A stretch of 63,066 bases of DNA, filler included, from Octopus bimaculoides (Eukaryota), in assembly GCF_001194135.2 (NCBI RefSeq). It is 3 parts of 3 records of this genome, joined end to end, with 100 filler letters (N's around TTAATTAATTAA, not from the genome) between each part and the next. Parts side by side here need not be neighbours in the genome. Positions count along the whole stretch, not along the records: positions 30,293 to 58,733 come from NC_068999.1; positions 58,834 to 63,066 come from NC_069006.1; 1 more part is not named here. One strand, 5' to 3'. Below, piece by piece: positions 51,216-63,066 of the stretch (positions are counted from its first letter, which is position 1; each line of letters opens with the position of its first letter). A program made the position numbers and the translations under genes. The notes beneath the pieces are model-generated. The model saw only the letters and a program-made list of their open reading frames with translations, made no database searches and was not told the origin of the DNA.

Positions 51216-52319
51216 NNNNNNNNNNNNNNNNNNNNNNNNNNNNNNNNNNNNNNNNNNNNNNNNNNNNNNNNNNNNNNNNNNNNNNNNNNNNNNNNNNNNN
51301 NNNNNNNNNNNNNNNNNNNNNNNNNNNNNNNNNNNNNNNNNNNNNNNNNNNNNNNNNNNNNNNNNNNNNNNNNNNNNNNNNNNNNNNNNNNNNNNNNNNN
51401 NNNNNNNNNNNNNNNNNNNNNNNNNNNNNNNNNNNNNNNNNNNNNNNNNNNNNNNNNNNNNNNNNNNNNNNNNNNNNNNNNNNNNNNNNNNNNNNNNNNN
51501 NNNNNNNNNNNNNNNNNNNNNNNNNNNNNNNNNNNNNNNNNNNNNNNNNNNNNNNNNNNNNNNNNNNNNNNNNNNNNNNNNNNNNNNNNNNNNNNNNNNN
51601 NNNNNNNNNNNNNNNNNNNNNNNNNNNNNNNNNNNNNNNNNNNNNNNNNNNNNNNNNNNNNNNNNNNNNNNNNNNNNNNNNNNNNNNNNNNNNNNNNNNN
51701 NNNNNNNNNNNNNNNNNNNNNNNNNNNNNNNNNNNNNNNNNNNNNNNNNNNNNNNNNNNNNNNNNNNNNNNNNNNNNNNNNNNNNNNNNNNNNNNNNNNN
51801 NNNNNNNNNNNNNNNNNNNNNNNNNNNNNNNNNNNNNNNNNNNNNNNNNNNNNNNNNNNNNNNNNNNNNNNNNNNNNNNNNNNNNNNNNNNNNNNNNNNN
51901 NNNNNNNNNNNNNNNNNNNNNNNNNNNNNNNNNNNNNNNNNNNNNNNNNNNNNNNNNNATATATTTGTTATTTCATTTTTAAGACGATTCTTGGGCGAAA
52001 CAAGATAATGATTTTCACACAAAAATATTTTCCGTAATCAGACTGCTACGTAAACTGATTACATCTACTAAATTATTCCTGAAATGGAATCTCTCTTGCA
52101 TAAGAATGCCTTTGAATTGTATAAACTGAAGAATTTTCTTGTAAGGAAAGCCTGTTAAATGCTTGTCTGCTGATGATTCTTTGCAAAGATGGAACTAGCT
52201 TCGTTCAGGATGTCTTATATCTTTTGTCATAAAGAAAATAGTTCGTAGATATCTAATTATATTCAAACCCTGTAACTTTGTAATGTAATATATATCTTGC
52301 AAATAATTTTGTTGTTTGC

Positions 52320-52477
52320 ACATACACATATATGTACATATGTATGTGCGTGTGTGTATATATATGTATATGTATGTGTGTGTGTATGTGTGCTTACGTG
52401 CATACATACATACATGCATACATACATACATACATACATACATACATACACACATTATATATATATAGATATGATAA

Positions 52478-52548
<71 letters not shown>

Positions 52549-52743
52549 CATCTAGTTAGCTAGCTACATATATACATACAAACATACATATGTACACACA
52601 TACGTGTATACATATATATAAATATATATGTATGTATGTGTGTGTATGTATAAATATATATATATATTCACATACACATACATACACACACACACATAGA
52701 GAGAGAAGAGGAGAGAGGGAGAGAGGGAGAGAGAAACAGACAG

Positions 52744-52774
<31 letters not shown>

Positions 52775-52795
52775 GATAGATATATAGACAGATAG
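52320..52795. repeat. Compound TG/TACA/TATC/TA/GA/GATA microsatellite
   Basis: Direct reading. Confidence 0.95.
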
Positions 52796-53027
52796 AGGTA
52801 ATATATCAAGACAGGTACCGTTCGAGCACTCAAGTATAATCTGGCTAACCACTGCGAATGATATGGAATAACCAGGAACTATATAAGACAAACAGTCCCA
52901 ATATATTTTACCCGATAGGTAAATTCTGTGCTCGTTTCCTCAGATTATATATAATTTATTGTGTGTATAGCTAAGACAATTCAAATAAATAATAAGCATT
53001 ATACAACTTTTTTACAGCTATTATTCA

Positions 53028-53230
53028 GGCGGCGAGCTGGCAGAATCGTTAGCGCGCCGGGTAAAATGCTTAGTGGTATTTCGTCCGTCCTTACGTTCTG
53101 AGTTCAAATTCCGCCGCGGTTGACTTTGCCTTTCATCCTTTCGGGGTCGATAAATCAAGTACCAGTTGTAACTGACTGGTCCCTTCTCCCAAAATTTCAG
53201 GCCTTGTGCTAATAGTAGAAAGGATTATTA
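53028..53230 (+). mobile_element. SINE family B (tRNA head plus Meta-like central domain), tail type 1
   Basis: GGCGGCGAGCTGGCAGAATCGTTAG (A box), GAGTTCAAATTCC (B box) and core GACTTTGCCTTTCATCCTTTCGGGGTCGATAAA..AAGTACCAGTT. The core resembles the MetaSINE domain (from recall, unverified). Tail CCCAAAATTTCAGGCCTTGTG. Confidence 0.9.
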
Positions 53231-53255
53231 CAATCATTTATGCAGGATAATCTCT

Positions 53256-53555
53256 TTAACCCTCTGACCGACATATGTTTCTGTTGCTGTGTAATGTTTA
53301 CTTACACTCTGTTGGTTCATCCGCTTCGAGATTTCACCCTGTTTAGAAATGTATCCACGTAGATTTTTTTTATTTTGCACTCAACCTTAATCATCTCCTA
53401 CCAGAAATATAAGAATATCCTCGTTTCAGACTTTGATACTGGCAACACTTTGAAGAATTCTGCATGGATACGTTTTTAACGAGGATGAAACCTAGGTGCA
53501 GCCGAACCAACAGGATGCAAATACGCAGAGAAACATATGTCGGACAGAGGTTTAG
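53256..53555. mobile_element. ~300-bp MITE with ~27-bp TIRs, piggyBac-like ends
   Basis: Left end TTAACCCTCTGACCGACATATGTTTCT and right end AGAAACATATGTCGGACAGAGGTTTAG are near-perfect inverted repeats. The TTAA|CCC start is typical of piggyBac. Confidence 0.7.
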
Positions 53556-54424
53556 AGAGAATATACTATAAACATTAGTGTAATAATAAAAACTGTACAA
53601 TATTCCATATTTATTTGAATCTATGTTATATATATATACACATATTCATATGTATATGTATATATATATATATATACATATCTATAGATACATTTGCGCA
53701 CACACACATATATATATATGTATAAATATATATACACATAAATTTATATACATATATATATATGTGCGTGTGTATGCCATATATGCTCTGACAAACAAAT
53801 ACTTGAGGGCAAGCAGTGCTGTGCCATTTGGCCCTCGTCACCTGACCTCAGATGTTACCCTGGTGTTTGTTCAACGGCCAAGGAAGTGACCGAATATCTG
53901 TAAGAGACAAATCGTTGTAACTAATATAGCAATGAGTGTGGTGGTGTTGGCGGCGGCGCTGGTGATGGTGGTGGTGGTGGTGGTGGTGGTGGTGGCGGTG
54001 GTGAGGAATGCAGGAATGCAGGATAACTACCTAGACGTGCATAGGGAGAAACGAAAGGTAAATAGAAATACTAAGACCGATGTCATATCAAAGAGATAGA
54101 TAGNNNNNNNNNNNNNNNNNNNNNNNNNNNNNNNNNNNNNNNNNNNNNNNNNNNNNNNNNNNNNNNNNNNNNNNNNNNNNNNNNNNNNNNNNNNNNNNNN
54201 NNNNNNNNNNNNNNNNNNNNNNNNNNNNNNNNNNNNNNNNNNNNNNNNNNNNNNNNNNNNNNNNNNAAAGAGAAGGCGTGTGAGAGTTATATTTGATAAT
54301 AGGGCATCAGAAAGAGAAACGGGAAAGCGTTATTGTAGACTATTAACAGCTCGTATTCACAGGCAGGATGAATGAATGAAAGGGCGTGTGACCGCGTTTG
54401 TGTGCGTACGTGTGTACGTCTATA

Positions 54425-54469
<45 letters not shown>

Positions 54470-54584
54470 GGGAGAGTGAGAGAGAGAGTGAGAAAGAGAC
54501 AGGACAAAGCGAAGACCAATAGGAGACGTTTAATAGATTGGAACGAGAGAAAGGCGATAAGCAGATAAATTAAGCGGAATAGAT

Positions 54585-54657
<73 letters not shown>

Positions 54658-55146
54658 TAGTAGATGTAATGAAAGACAGCATATAGATTCATAGAGACAG
54701 AGAGGCACAGAGAAAGAGAGAGAGAGAGAGAGAAGAAGAAAGGAGAGATGGAGTAAGTTAGAGCGGTAGATAGTTATGGAAAGAAAGAGGCAAAGCGAAA
54801 AGGAGGAATTGAAAATGGATTACAGAATGAATGAGAGAAAGAGTAAGAAATAATTTGAGAGAGACGGAGGAAAGATAGAAAGAAGGGAAGGAAAAAGAAA
54901 ATGAGAGAGATTATGAGAGGGAGTGACAGGCAGAAGATAGAAAGTGAACGAGAGGTGGTTAGAGTAAAGCCGAGAGACTAAAAGATAGATAGACGAAGAG
55001 AGAGATATGTTTTCGAGGAGAGGGATAATAAAAAGAAAGACTGAAGCAGTCGAGAAAGACAAGGAAAATTGGAGAGAAAATATAGAGAATAATAGAGAGA
55101 GAAATGTTCAGTGAAAAACCAGTCGGTCTTGTATGTACCGAAGAGG

Positions 55147-55231
55147 GAACGAACGAACGTAAGAACAAATGAACGTAAGAACATAGGACCGTAGGAATGT
55201 AAGAACGTAGGAATGTAGGAATGTAGGAACG
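55147..55231. repeat. 8-bp minisatellite GAACGTAA/GAATGTAG
   Basis: Direct reading, inside a purine-rich tract. Confidence 0.85.
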
Positions 55232-55645
55232 ACTGTCACATAAAACAGATTGAAAGAGTAAAATATAGTTAGTGTGAATGTGTGTGAGAGAGAGAGAGAG
55301 GCAGGGAAAGAGAAAGGGAAAGTGAGTGAGAGAGAGGGCGAAAGAGCGAGGAGAGGGAGGAGGAGGGAGGAGGAGGGAGAGAGAGAAATGGAGAGAGAGA
55401 GAGAAAGAGAGACGGTTGGCTGGTTTGTTGGATTGTCAGGTTTTGCCGAAAGATATCGTTTAGTTTGAGGTTGCTTAACAGCTCTTTGGAATAGTCGCAG
55501 AAATATTGAATAGATTACGGAATAATTGGACAAATTATCTTCCAGCAAATCATCTGGAAAATCATTATTGAAACATTGTTAGAATGGAGAAACACAGAAT
55601 GAGAATACAATAAAATTGAAACGACACATCAAGAGAGAGAGAGAC

Positions 55646-55683
<38 letters not shown>

Positions 55684-55790
55684 TGCTTACATGTGCATCG
55701 GTGTGGATATATGTATATGAAGATGTGCAAGTATGTATACGTGTATATGAGGTGTGTGTGTGTGTGTGTGCATGAGTGTGTATGTGTGTA

Positions 55791-55833
<43 letters not shown>

Positions 55834-56056
55834 TTAAGTGTGTATATGTGTATATATGCGGTTAAATGCGTGTGTGTGTGTGTGTGTTTATGCGTGAGAG
55901 TATCTGTCTGCATATTTGCGGGTAGCTGAATNNNNNNNNNNNNNNNNNNNNNNNNNNNNNNNNNNNNNNNNNNNNNNNNNNNNNNNNNNNNNNNNNNNNN
56001 NNNNNNNNNNNNNNNNNNNNNNNNNNNNNNNNNNNNNNNNNNNNNNNNNNNNNNNN

Positions 56057-56108
<52 letters not shown>

Positions 56109-56399
56109 AGTACGTACGTAGGCATGTACATACGTATATATATGGAAAGAAAGAAGGAAGGAGAGAGACGGGAAAGAGCGACAGACAGACAGGCAGTTAG
56201 GCATTCAAATATAAATAGATTTAATTAATTCAAAAATAGCCATTCGTTTATGTATCATGTACTAATGCGTGCATTTGTATGTGTAAGCATGTATATATGT
56301 ATGTGTGTGTGTGTATGCATATATACACGCATTTGCATGTCTTTGTGTGTCTATATATATATACACGTACACGCATACATACATACATATATATGTATG

Positions 56400-56441
<42 letters not shown>

Positions 56442-56540
56442 NNNNNNNNNNNNNNNNNNNNNNNNNNNNNNNNNNNNNNNNNNNNNNNNNNNNNNNNNNN
56501 NNNNNNNNNNNNNNNNNNNNNNNNNNNNNNNNNNNNNNNN

Positions 56541-56585
<45 letters not shown>

Positions 56586-57247
56586 CATACATACATACAT
56601 GCATACAAACATACATGCATGCTTTCGTACATGCTGACATGTAGGAACACATATTAAAAGTGAAAAGGAAATTGAAGAATCTCGAATTTATAATACTAAG
56701 CCGTCCGTGTGTGTGTGTGTGCACGAGAGAGAGAGAGAGAGAGAGATTGTGTGTGCCTCTCTGTGTACGACTTATCTCTATATAGTGAAGTATATTAGGC
56801 GAAAAGAGACGACTGTAGCAATTTCTCGCGCCACAATGTGACGAATGTAACAGAAATTGTTTCATAATATCACAGCTTTCCCGCCTCACGAAATTCTTCA
56901 AATCAGAACGAGGTGTTTGCTTCGATTTAAGGCTGCAGATCTATCAAACAAATTCCGTTCTCTCTCTCCCTGTATTTTCTTTCATGACCACAAGTTAAAA
57001 TCCTGTCCGAATTCAAACTGTAAAAAGAAAAGAAAAGTATATATTTTTCTTTTAATTTGCTAAAACTGTTTGCCAAATACAACGAAACGCTTGCCTGACT
57101 ATATACAGTATATACAGAGATATATAAATGTGTGTGTATGCATATATCTATTCAGATACATACACACGCATATATATATATATATATGTATGTATATATT
57201 TGTATATGTATATAAATATCTCTCTTTCGCTCCCTCTCTCTCTCTCT

Positions 57248-57296
<49 letters not shown>

Positions 57297-57683
57297 CATA
57301 TATATATACTTATATATATTGATAATGATAGAATATTTGAAGACAGATTTTCTTCAATTGAAATTTATTAATTATATCAAACAGATCTTAATTATCACAA
57401 TGAGATATCTGTTGCTAAGAAGCGTTTCTAATACACCAGCACTTTCGCTGTTAACAGCTTTTCAAACACACGTACTGGGTGGCAATCGGTTCAGTAGAAG
57501 TGTTATCTTACTACGCGTGTGTGTGTGTGTGTGTCTGTGTGGGCGCATATATACATACATACATACATACATACATATGTATACATACATATATATATAC
57601 ATACACATAAATAAATAAATGTATATACAAATGTATATATATACACATACATATGCATGCGTATATGTACGAATACACACACA

Positions 57684-57727
<44 letters not shown>

Positions 57728-58553
57728 ATCTTCCTTTTGAAAAAAATAATGATTCTCGCATATTCCACCAGGAGGCGTCAGTGACATGATTATAGAAAGT
57801 TATTCGAGAATTTGTTAACCTTTTAGACCGTGGTATACAAAACATTTTAGAGACAAAATTTAAGGGCCACAGAATGAAACGAAAACACCTAACATTTTGT
57901 CCAACATAATTATTGAAACTAAAGGAACAAATGACAAAGCAACAGGAAATTATGTAATCAACTCCATTGGCTTACCGCTGTTTCTGCTATAGGATGGAAT
58001 GCACTCAGAGCTGAGTACCTGTGCATCACTTTATAGCTTCCTTGTTGCATCTTATAGCAGAAAAAGCTGTAAGATAATGAAGTCCGTTGCATAATATCCT
58101 GTTCTTTGCCATTTATCTAATTTTCTATTACGCTCTCTACTCGACTATCGCTTCATTCTGAAGCATATATATATATGTTGAGTTCAAACACCAGGTCATT
58201 TGCATGGCTATACCAAAGAAAACTTTTAATGTGAGTGTGTGTACGCATATGAATGGTTCTGTGTTTCGATAAAAGGCGTTTGTTTGTCCAAGAATCGAAC
58301 ACACATACATAAGACATGTGTTTTGCTAGTTCGTGGATAGGCAGCGGCTATAGGCTTAAGACAATAAATTCCTCATCATGTACATGGTGCTAAAACACCT
58401 ACAATTTGTAGATAACACACATCAGATCCCATTTGGGATCGACAGACATCGAATCTTCGTCACTTTTGCTGCTTTTAACTCATATTTCAATAGTTCCTAT
58501 GATATGAAACGTTGGGACATACCAACAGATGGTTCTTACACTATTTTGCTTAT

Positions 58554-58733
58554 AGGCGCAGGAGTGGCTGTGTGGTAAGTAGCTTGCTTACCAACCACAT
58601 GGTTCCGGGTTCATTCCCATTGCGTGACAACTTGGGCAAGTGTCTTCTACAGTAGACACGGGGCGACCAAAGCCTTGTGACTGGATTTGGTAGACGGAAA
58701 CTGAAAGAGGCCCGTTGTATATATGTATGCATA
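58554..58733 (+). mobile_element. SINE family A 5' half (cut by a gap at its microsatellite)
   Basis: Near-identical head and body to 34851-35017. Confidence 0.9.
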
Positions 58734-58833
58734 NNNNNNNNNNNNNNNNNNNNNNNNNNNNNNNNNNNNNNNNNNNNTTAATTAATTAANNNNNNNNNNN
58801 NNNNNNNNNNNNNNNNNNNNNNNNNNNNNNNNN
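58734..58833. other. Artificial 100-bp spacer N44-TTAATTAATTAA-N44
   Basis: Identical to 30193-30292. Confidence 0.9.
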
Positions 58834-59239
58834 ATAGCGGTGGTCGTAGTGGTATCGTGGTGGTAATTGTGATGGTGGTGGATGTGTTGGTAATAGCTGT
58901 TGTATTGGTTGCTGTAGTAGCGGTGGTGGTAGTAGTTAGTCGTAGCTGTTGTAGTCGTAGTTGTAGTGGTGTTGATGGTGGCTCAGGCGATTGTGGTGAT
59001 GGTAGCTGTAGTGGTTGTAGTTGTCCGTTTGTGGTACTGGTAGTGGTGGTAGTAGTTGTTGTAGTGGTATTGGTGATTGTGGTGGTGGTGGTGGTAGTAG
59101 TAAGAGTGCCAATGGTTCTGGTGAAAGTATTTGAGGTGAGAGGGTGTTTATGCTGTGGTTGTGGTGGGGGATATTACAAGTGGTGGATATTTTAGTTGTG
59201 GTCATGGTGGTGGTGGTGTTGCTAGTGAAAGTGAAAGTG
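58834..59239. repeat. Degenerate GTG/GTA/GTT low-complexity tract
   Basis: Direct reading. Confidence 0.9.
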
Positions 59240-59560
59240 NNNNNNNNNNATACACACACACGTATCTGAATACGTGTCTCAACTGATCAGTCTTCCCTCA
59301 TTTAAACTACTTACTCTTCAAATCGTAAAGTAAGTGGCTGAGTAACCTACCGCCATAGATATCGTTAATCCAATTCGCAGGCTGAATCAGTGATACAATA
59401 TATGACGATATAACGTGGTTTGTAGCTTTAAATTACAGGTACCGTTTAATAAATTGCTTCCACGCAGCTCCTTCGACCCAGTTTCACTCACTCATTCAAC
59501 CGCCATACATTCGAGAGGGGTGGTCACTAAGTGACTGGGACGAAAGAACTTCGACTGACA

Positions 59561-59678
59561 AAGAACCGATTGATTGTTTGACCAACGCATGAAACAAACG
59601 ATCGATTAGTTAGTNNNNNNNNNNAAGAACCGATTGATTGTTTGACCAACGCATGAAACAAACGATCGATTAGTTAGT
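59561..59678. other. 54-bp duplication around a 10-N gap, likely unmerged contig overlap
   Basis: 59561-59614 is identical to 59625-59678. Confidence 0.85.
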
Positions 59679-60836
59679 TAGATATTTAACCAATTGACTA
59701 ATAATAATAATAATAATGATAATAAAGAAGCGGATTTGAGGTAGTGCGTGTGTTTATCATTATTGACTTAATGACTCTCCCAAAACGCAACAAAATACAC
59801 ACGCACAAACGTATGTGTGTGTGTGTGGATGTAAAATGTATGTGTGTGTGTGTGTGTCTCTGTCACCTGAAGACGACAGAAAAACATGCCGGCCAAAATT
59901 GAATGAATAAATGCAAAAGTACTGTAAAATAATGTTAACAATTCCAGTGGCTCTGAGACTAATTTTTGTTTTCGTAGCTGCTTATGTAGTAGTAGTAGTT
60001 GTAGTTGTTGTTGTTGTTATTGTTGTTGTTGTTGTTGTTGTTCTAACATCTGTTATTATTTCTGTGAACGCTGTAGCTGTTGTTTCTATGGCAACGCTTG
60101 TTTACAATCAGTGTCTACGTTGGGGGTTTTCTTGAGCACTTATTTTCATGCTGGACACCAGAATGTTTACTATGGTGGCGCTGAAAGTCGTTGGTGGCGC
60201 TTGGTGGTGGTGGCACTGGTGTTGGTGGTGGCGCTGGTGGTGGCACACTGGTCGTGGTNNNNNNNNNNNNNNNNNNNNNNNNNNNNNNNNNNNNNNNNNN
60301 NNNNNNNNNNNNNNNNNNNNNNNNNNNNNNNNNNNNNNNNNNNNNNNNNNNNNNNNNNNNNNNNNNNNNNNNNNNNNNNNNNNNNNNNNNNNNNNNNNNN
60401 NNNNNNNNNNNNNNNNNNNNNNNNNNNNNNNNNNNNNNNNNNNNNNNNNNNNNNNNNNNNNNNNNNNNNNNNNNNNNNNNNNNNNNNNNNNNNNNNNNNN
60501 NNNNNNNNNNNNNNNNNNNNNNNNNNNNNNNNNNNNNNNNNNNNNNNNNNNNNNNNNNNNNNNNNNNNNNNNNNNNNNNNNNNNNNNNNNNNNNNNNNNN
60601 NNNNNNNNNNNNNNNNNNNNNNNNNNNNNNNNNNNNNNNNNNNNNNNNNNNNNNNNNNNNNNNNNNNNNNNNNNNNNNNNNNNNNNNNNNNNNNNNNNNN
60701 NNNNNNNNNNNNNNNNNNGAGGGTGGTGATGGTGATGACAGTGGAAAAATTTATGTTGCTGATGGTAGAGTTATTAGTACAACCACCGCCACTACCACCA
60801 CCACCACCACCACCACTCACTGTCGAGTGCTTGAAA

Positions 60837-60839
<3 letters not shown>

Positions 60840-60867
<28 letters not shown>

Positions 60868-61011
60868 ATGAGAGAGGGAGAGAGAGAGAGAGCAGGCGAG
60901 ACAATTCCATTGCGCATGTGGAAATAGGTGTGTGTACCTGTGTATGTACACCCGTGCGCGCGTGCGTTGGTGAGGAAGGGAGTGAAAGAGAGAAGAGGGA
61001 CAGTGTATGTT

Positions 61012-61058
<47 letters not shown>

Positions 61059-61389
61059 GCGTGAGTGAGCGTGTGTATGTACATGTGCATGGAGATATGT
61101 GTGGATGTGTGTGAAGGAATGTGTGCAAGAAAAAAATGTGTGAAAGCAAAAGGCGGTGACAAAGACGGAGAGAGAGAGAGATGAGGAGAGAGAGATAGAG
61201 AGATGAGGAGAGAGAGATGAGGAGAGAGAGAGAGAGATGAGGAGAGAGAGATGAGGAGAGAGAGAGAGAGCGAGAAAGTGTGTGTGTGTGTGTGCGGGCA
61301 TGTAAGTGATGAGGGGTGGTGTGTCAGTAAATGGGTGTAAATAGACGGAAGGTTGCAGGGCAAGTGAGAGAGAAAGAGTGAGAGAGAGA
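60840..61389. repeat. TG/GA compound microsatellite with (GA)nTGAG minisatellite at 61170-61270
   Basis: Direct reading. Confidence 0.9.
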
Positions 61390-62289
61390 NNNNNNNNNNN
61401 NNNNNNNNNNNNNNNNNNNNNNNNNNNNNNNNNNNNNNNNNNNNNNNNNNNNNNNNNNNNNNNNNNNNNNNNNNNNNNNNNNNNNNNNNNNNNNNNNNNN
61501 NNNNNNNNNNNNNNNNNNNNNNNNNNNNNNNNNNNNNNNNNNNNNNNNNNNNNNNNNNNNNNNNNNNNNNNNNNNNNNNNNNNNNNNNNNNNNNNNNNNN
61601 NNNNNNNNNNNNNNNNNNNNNNNNNNNNNNNNNNNNNNNNNNNNNNNNNNNNNNNNNNNNNNNNNNNNNNNNNNNNNNNNNNNNNNNNNNNNNNNNNNNN
61701 NNNNNNNNNNNNNNNNNNNNNNNNNNNNNNNNNNNNNNNNNNNNNNNNNNNAATAACACGAACATCTGGGGTCAGGTGTTATTGAAGAAATGTAATGTAA
61801 TAGCTGGTACCCCCCACCCCCACACAAACATACAACAACAACAGTACCACTAGGGACAACCGCATCACCCTGTCCCACCCTCACACTCTCTATTGAACAA
61901 ACACCCATTTCACCACTTTACAGCCGATTTTTTTTTCTTTCCCACAAAATCTCTTCCTCCACCTCGACCCCCTTCTCCACCGTCTCCTTCTTTCCTCTGA
62001 CCACCACCACCACCACCACTACCACCATTCTCGACACTTTCATCCACCTTTCAACAAACTGGCTAGAAGACAATACTTCCCTCTCTACCCTTATTTTCCT
62101 TTCCGAGTAAAACTTGAAGAAGTTGATCAGGAATATCTAGAACAATTTAGGTTTTAATAGACACAAGATGTGATCTATTTCTAGCGCATTAATTGTCCAC
62201 GTTAGTGGTCGACGTTATTTTTTTAAAATGTATCTATCTAGGTAGATAGATCGATTGATAAGAAGCATTCTAGACAGATATAGACAGAT

Positions 62290-62483
62290 AATTATTTTCT
62301 AATCTAAGCACAGGGCCCGAAATTTTGGGGGAGAGGTCCAGTCGATTAGATCGACCCCAGTAAGCAACTAGTACTTAATTTATCGACCACGAAAGGGTGA
62401 AAGGCAAAGTCGACCTCGGCGGAATTTGAACTCAGAACGTAGCGGCAGACGAAATATCGCTAACGTTTCTGCCAGCTCGCCTC
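62290..62483 (-). mobile_element. SINE family B, tail type 1
   Basis: GCACAGGGCCCGAAATTTTGGGG...CGACCCCAG...AGGCAAAGTCGACCTCGGCGGAATTTGAACTC...TGCCAGCTCGCC. Internal deletion at a repeated GCTAA. Confidence 0.9.
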
Positions 62484-62966
62484 CTTCTACAGATAAATAT
62501 TGAAACAAAGATATGCTTAAACAGACAGACAGACAGACAGATACACAATCAGACAGACAGATATGATGCTGAATAATTGAAACTAAAGTCAGTTTACTCG
62601 CTCGCTACTCATTTACTCATTTACTCACTGGATGTAGTTTTGTGTTTATTTATTTAGAGAGGCGATTTCTGTTATAGCTTCATGGCACCAAGTACATCAT
62701 TGAACCATCAACACTAGCATCACTGCTACGGTCATTATCACCCACCACCACCACCACCACCACCATTGCCGCAATCATCATCATCATCATCATCATCCAC
62801 AGCAACAAAACCTTTACCGTCACCACCACTAACCACCACGAGCACCGTGTTAGTAATTCCAAAGTTGTAGCGGTACAAACGAATAAATAAACAATTTATA
62901 CTTTGAAACATTACAGTTGTGAATAAATAAATATACATTATATGCCAAGTGATGTGTGTAGAGGAG

Positions 62967-63013
<47 letters not shown>

Positions 63014-63066
63014 GTACAGACATGCATATGTGTGTGCGCGTATGTGTGAGCGTGAGCGCACACAGA

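Noticed and set aside
53028-53115. tRNA-like heads with A and B boxes (also 14290-14360, 34851-34915, 47500-47574)
   Set aside because: They continue into SINE bodies and lack a complete cloverleaf, so they are not tRNA genes.
59862-59912. Hammerhead-like CTGAAGA...AATAAA motif
   Set aside because: It lacks GAAA and a convincing stem II. It could be a very decayed PLE end but cannot be supported.
2229-61908. Long ORFs in the supplied track (200-530 aa)
   Set aside because: They are open only because they run through N gaps or stop-free microsatellites (poly-YI, HT, CV, I, D, H, S). None has a domain signature.

Overview
AT-rich, gap-riddled eukaryotic draft-assembly window with no recognisable intact host gene. 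It reads as intergenic or large-intron DNA. The repeat content resembles an octopod cephalopod genome, which is an inference from repeat style and not from a database match. The window is a mosaic of: di-, tri- and tetranucleotide microsatellites (most N gaps sit inside them); at least four tRNA-derived SINE families in many copies; four 5'-truncated R4/Dong-type non-LTR retrotransposon ends (CCHC knuckle plus PD-D..K restriction-like endonuclease), all abutting (TAA)n tracts; a decayed Penelope-like RT fragment with a nested Tc1/mariner piece; several minimal hammerhead-ribozyme-like remnants; and mariner-, piggyBac- and hAT-like MITE ends. Nearly all ORFs in the supplied track are microsatellite or N-gap artefacts. 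Two 100-bp N-TTAATTAATTAA-N spacers and two gap-flanking duplications are assembly artefacts. The most interesting signals are the TAA-anchored R4/SINE pile-up (21.7-24.7 kb), the hammerhead remnants linked to Penelope-like sequence, and the tail-swapped, tandemly nested SINEs. I see no convincing novel protein-coding system. Coordinates of decayed repeats are approximate.
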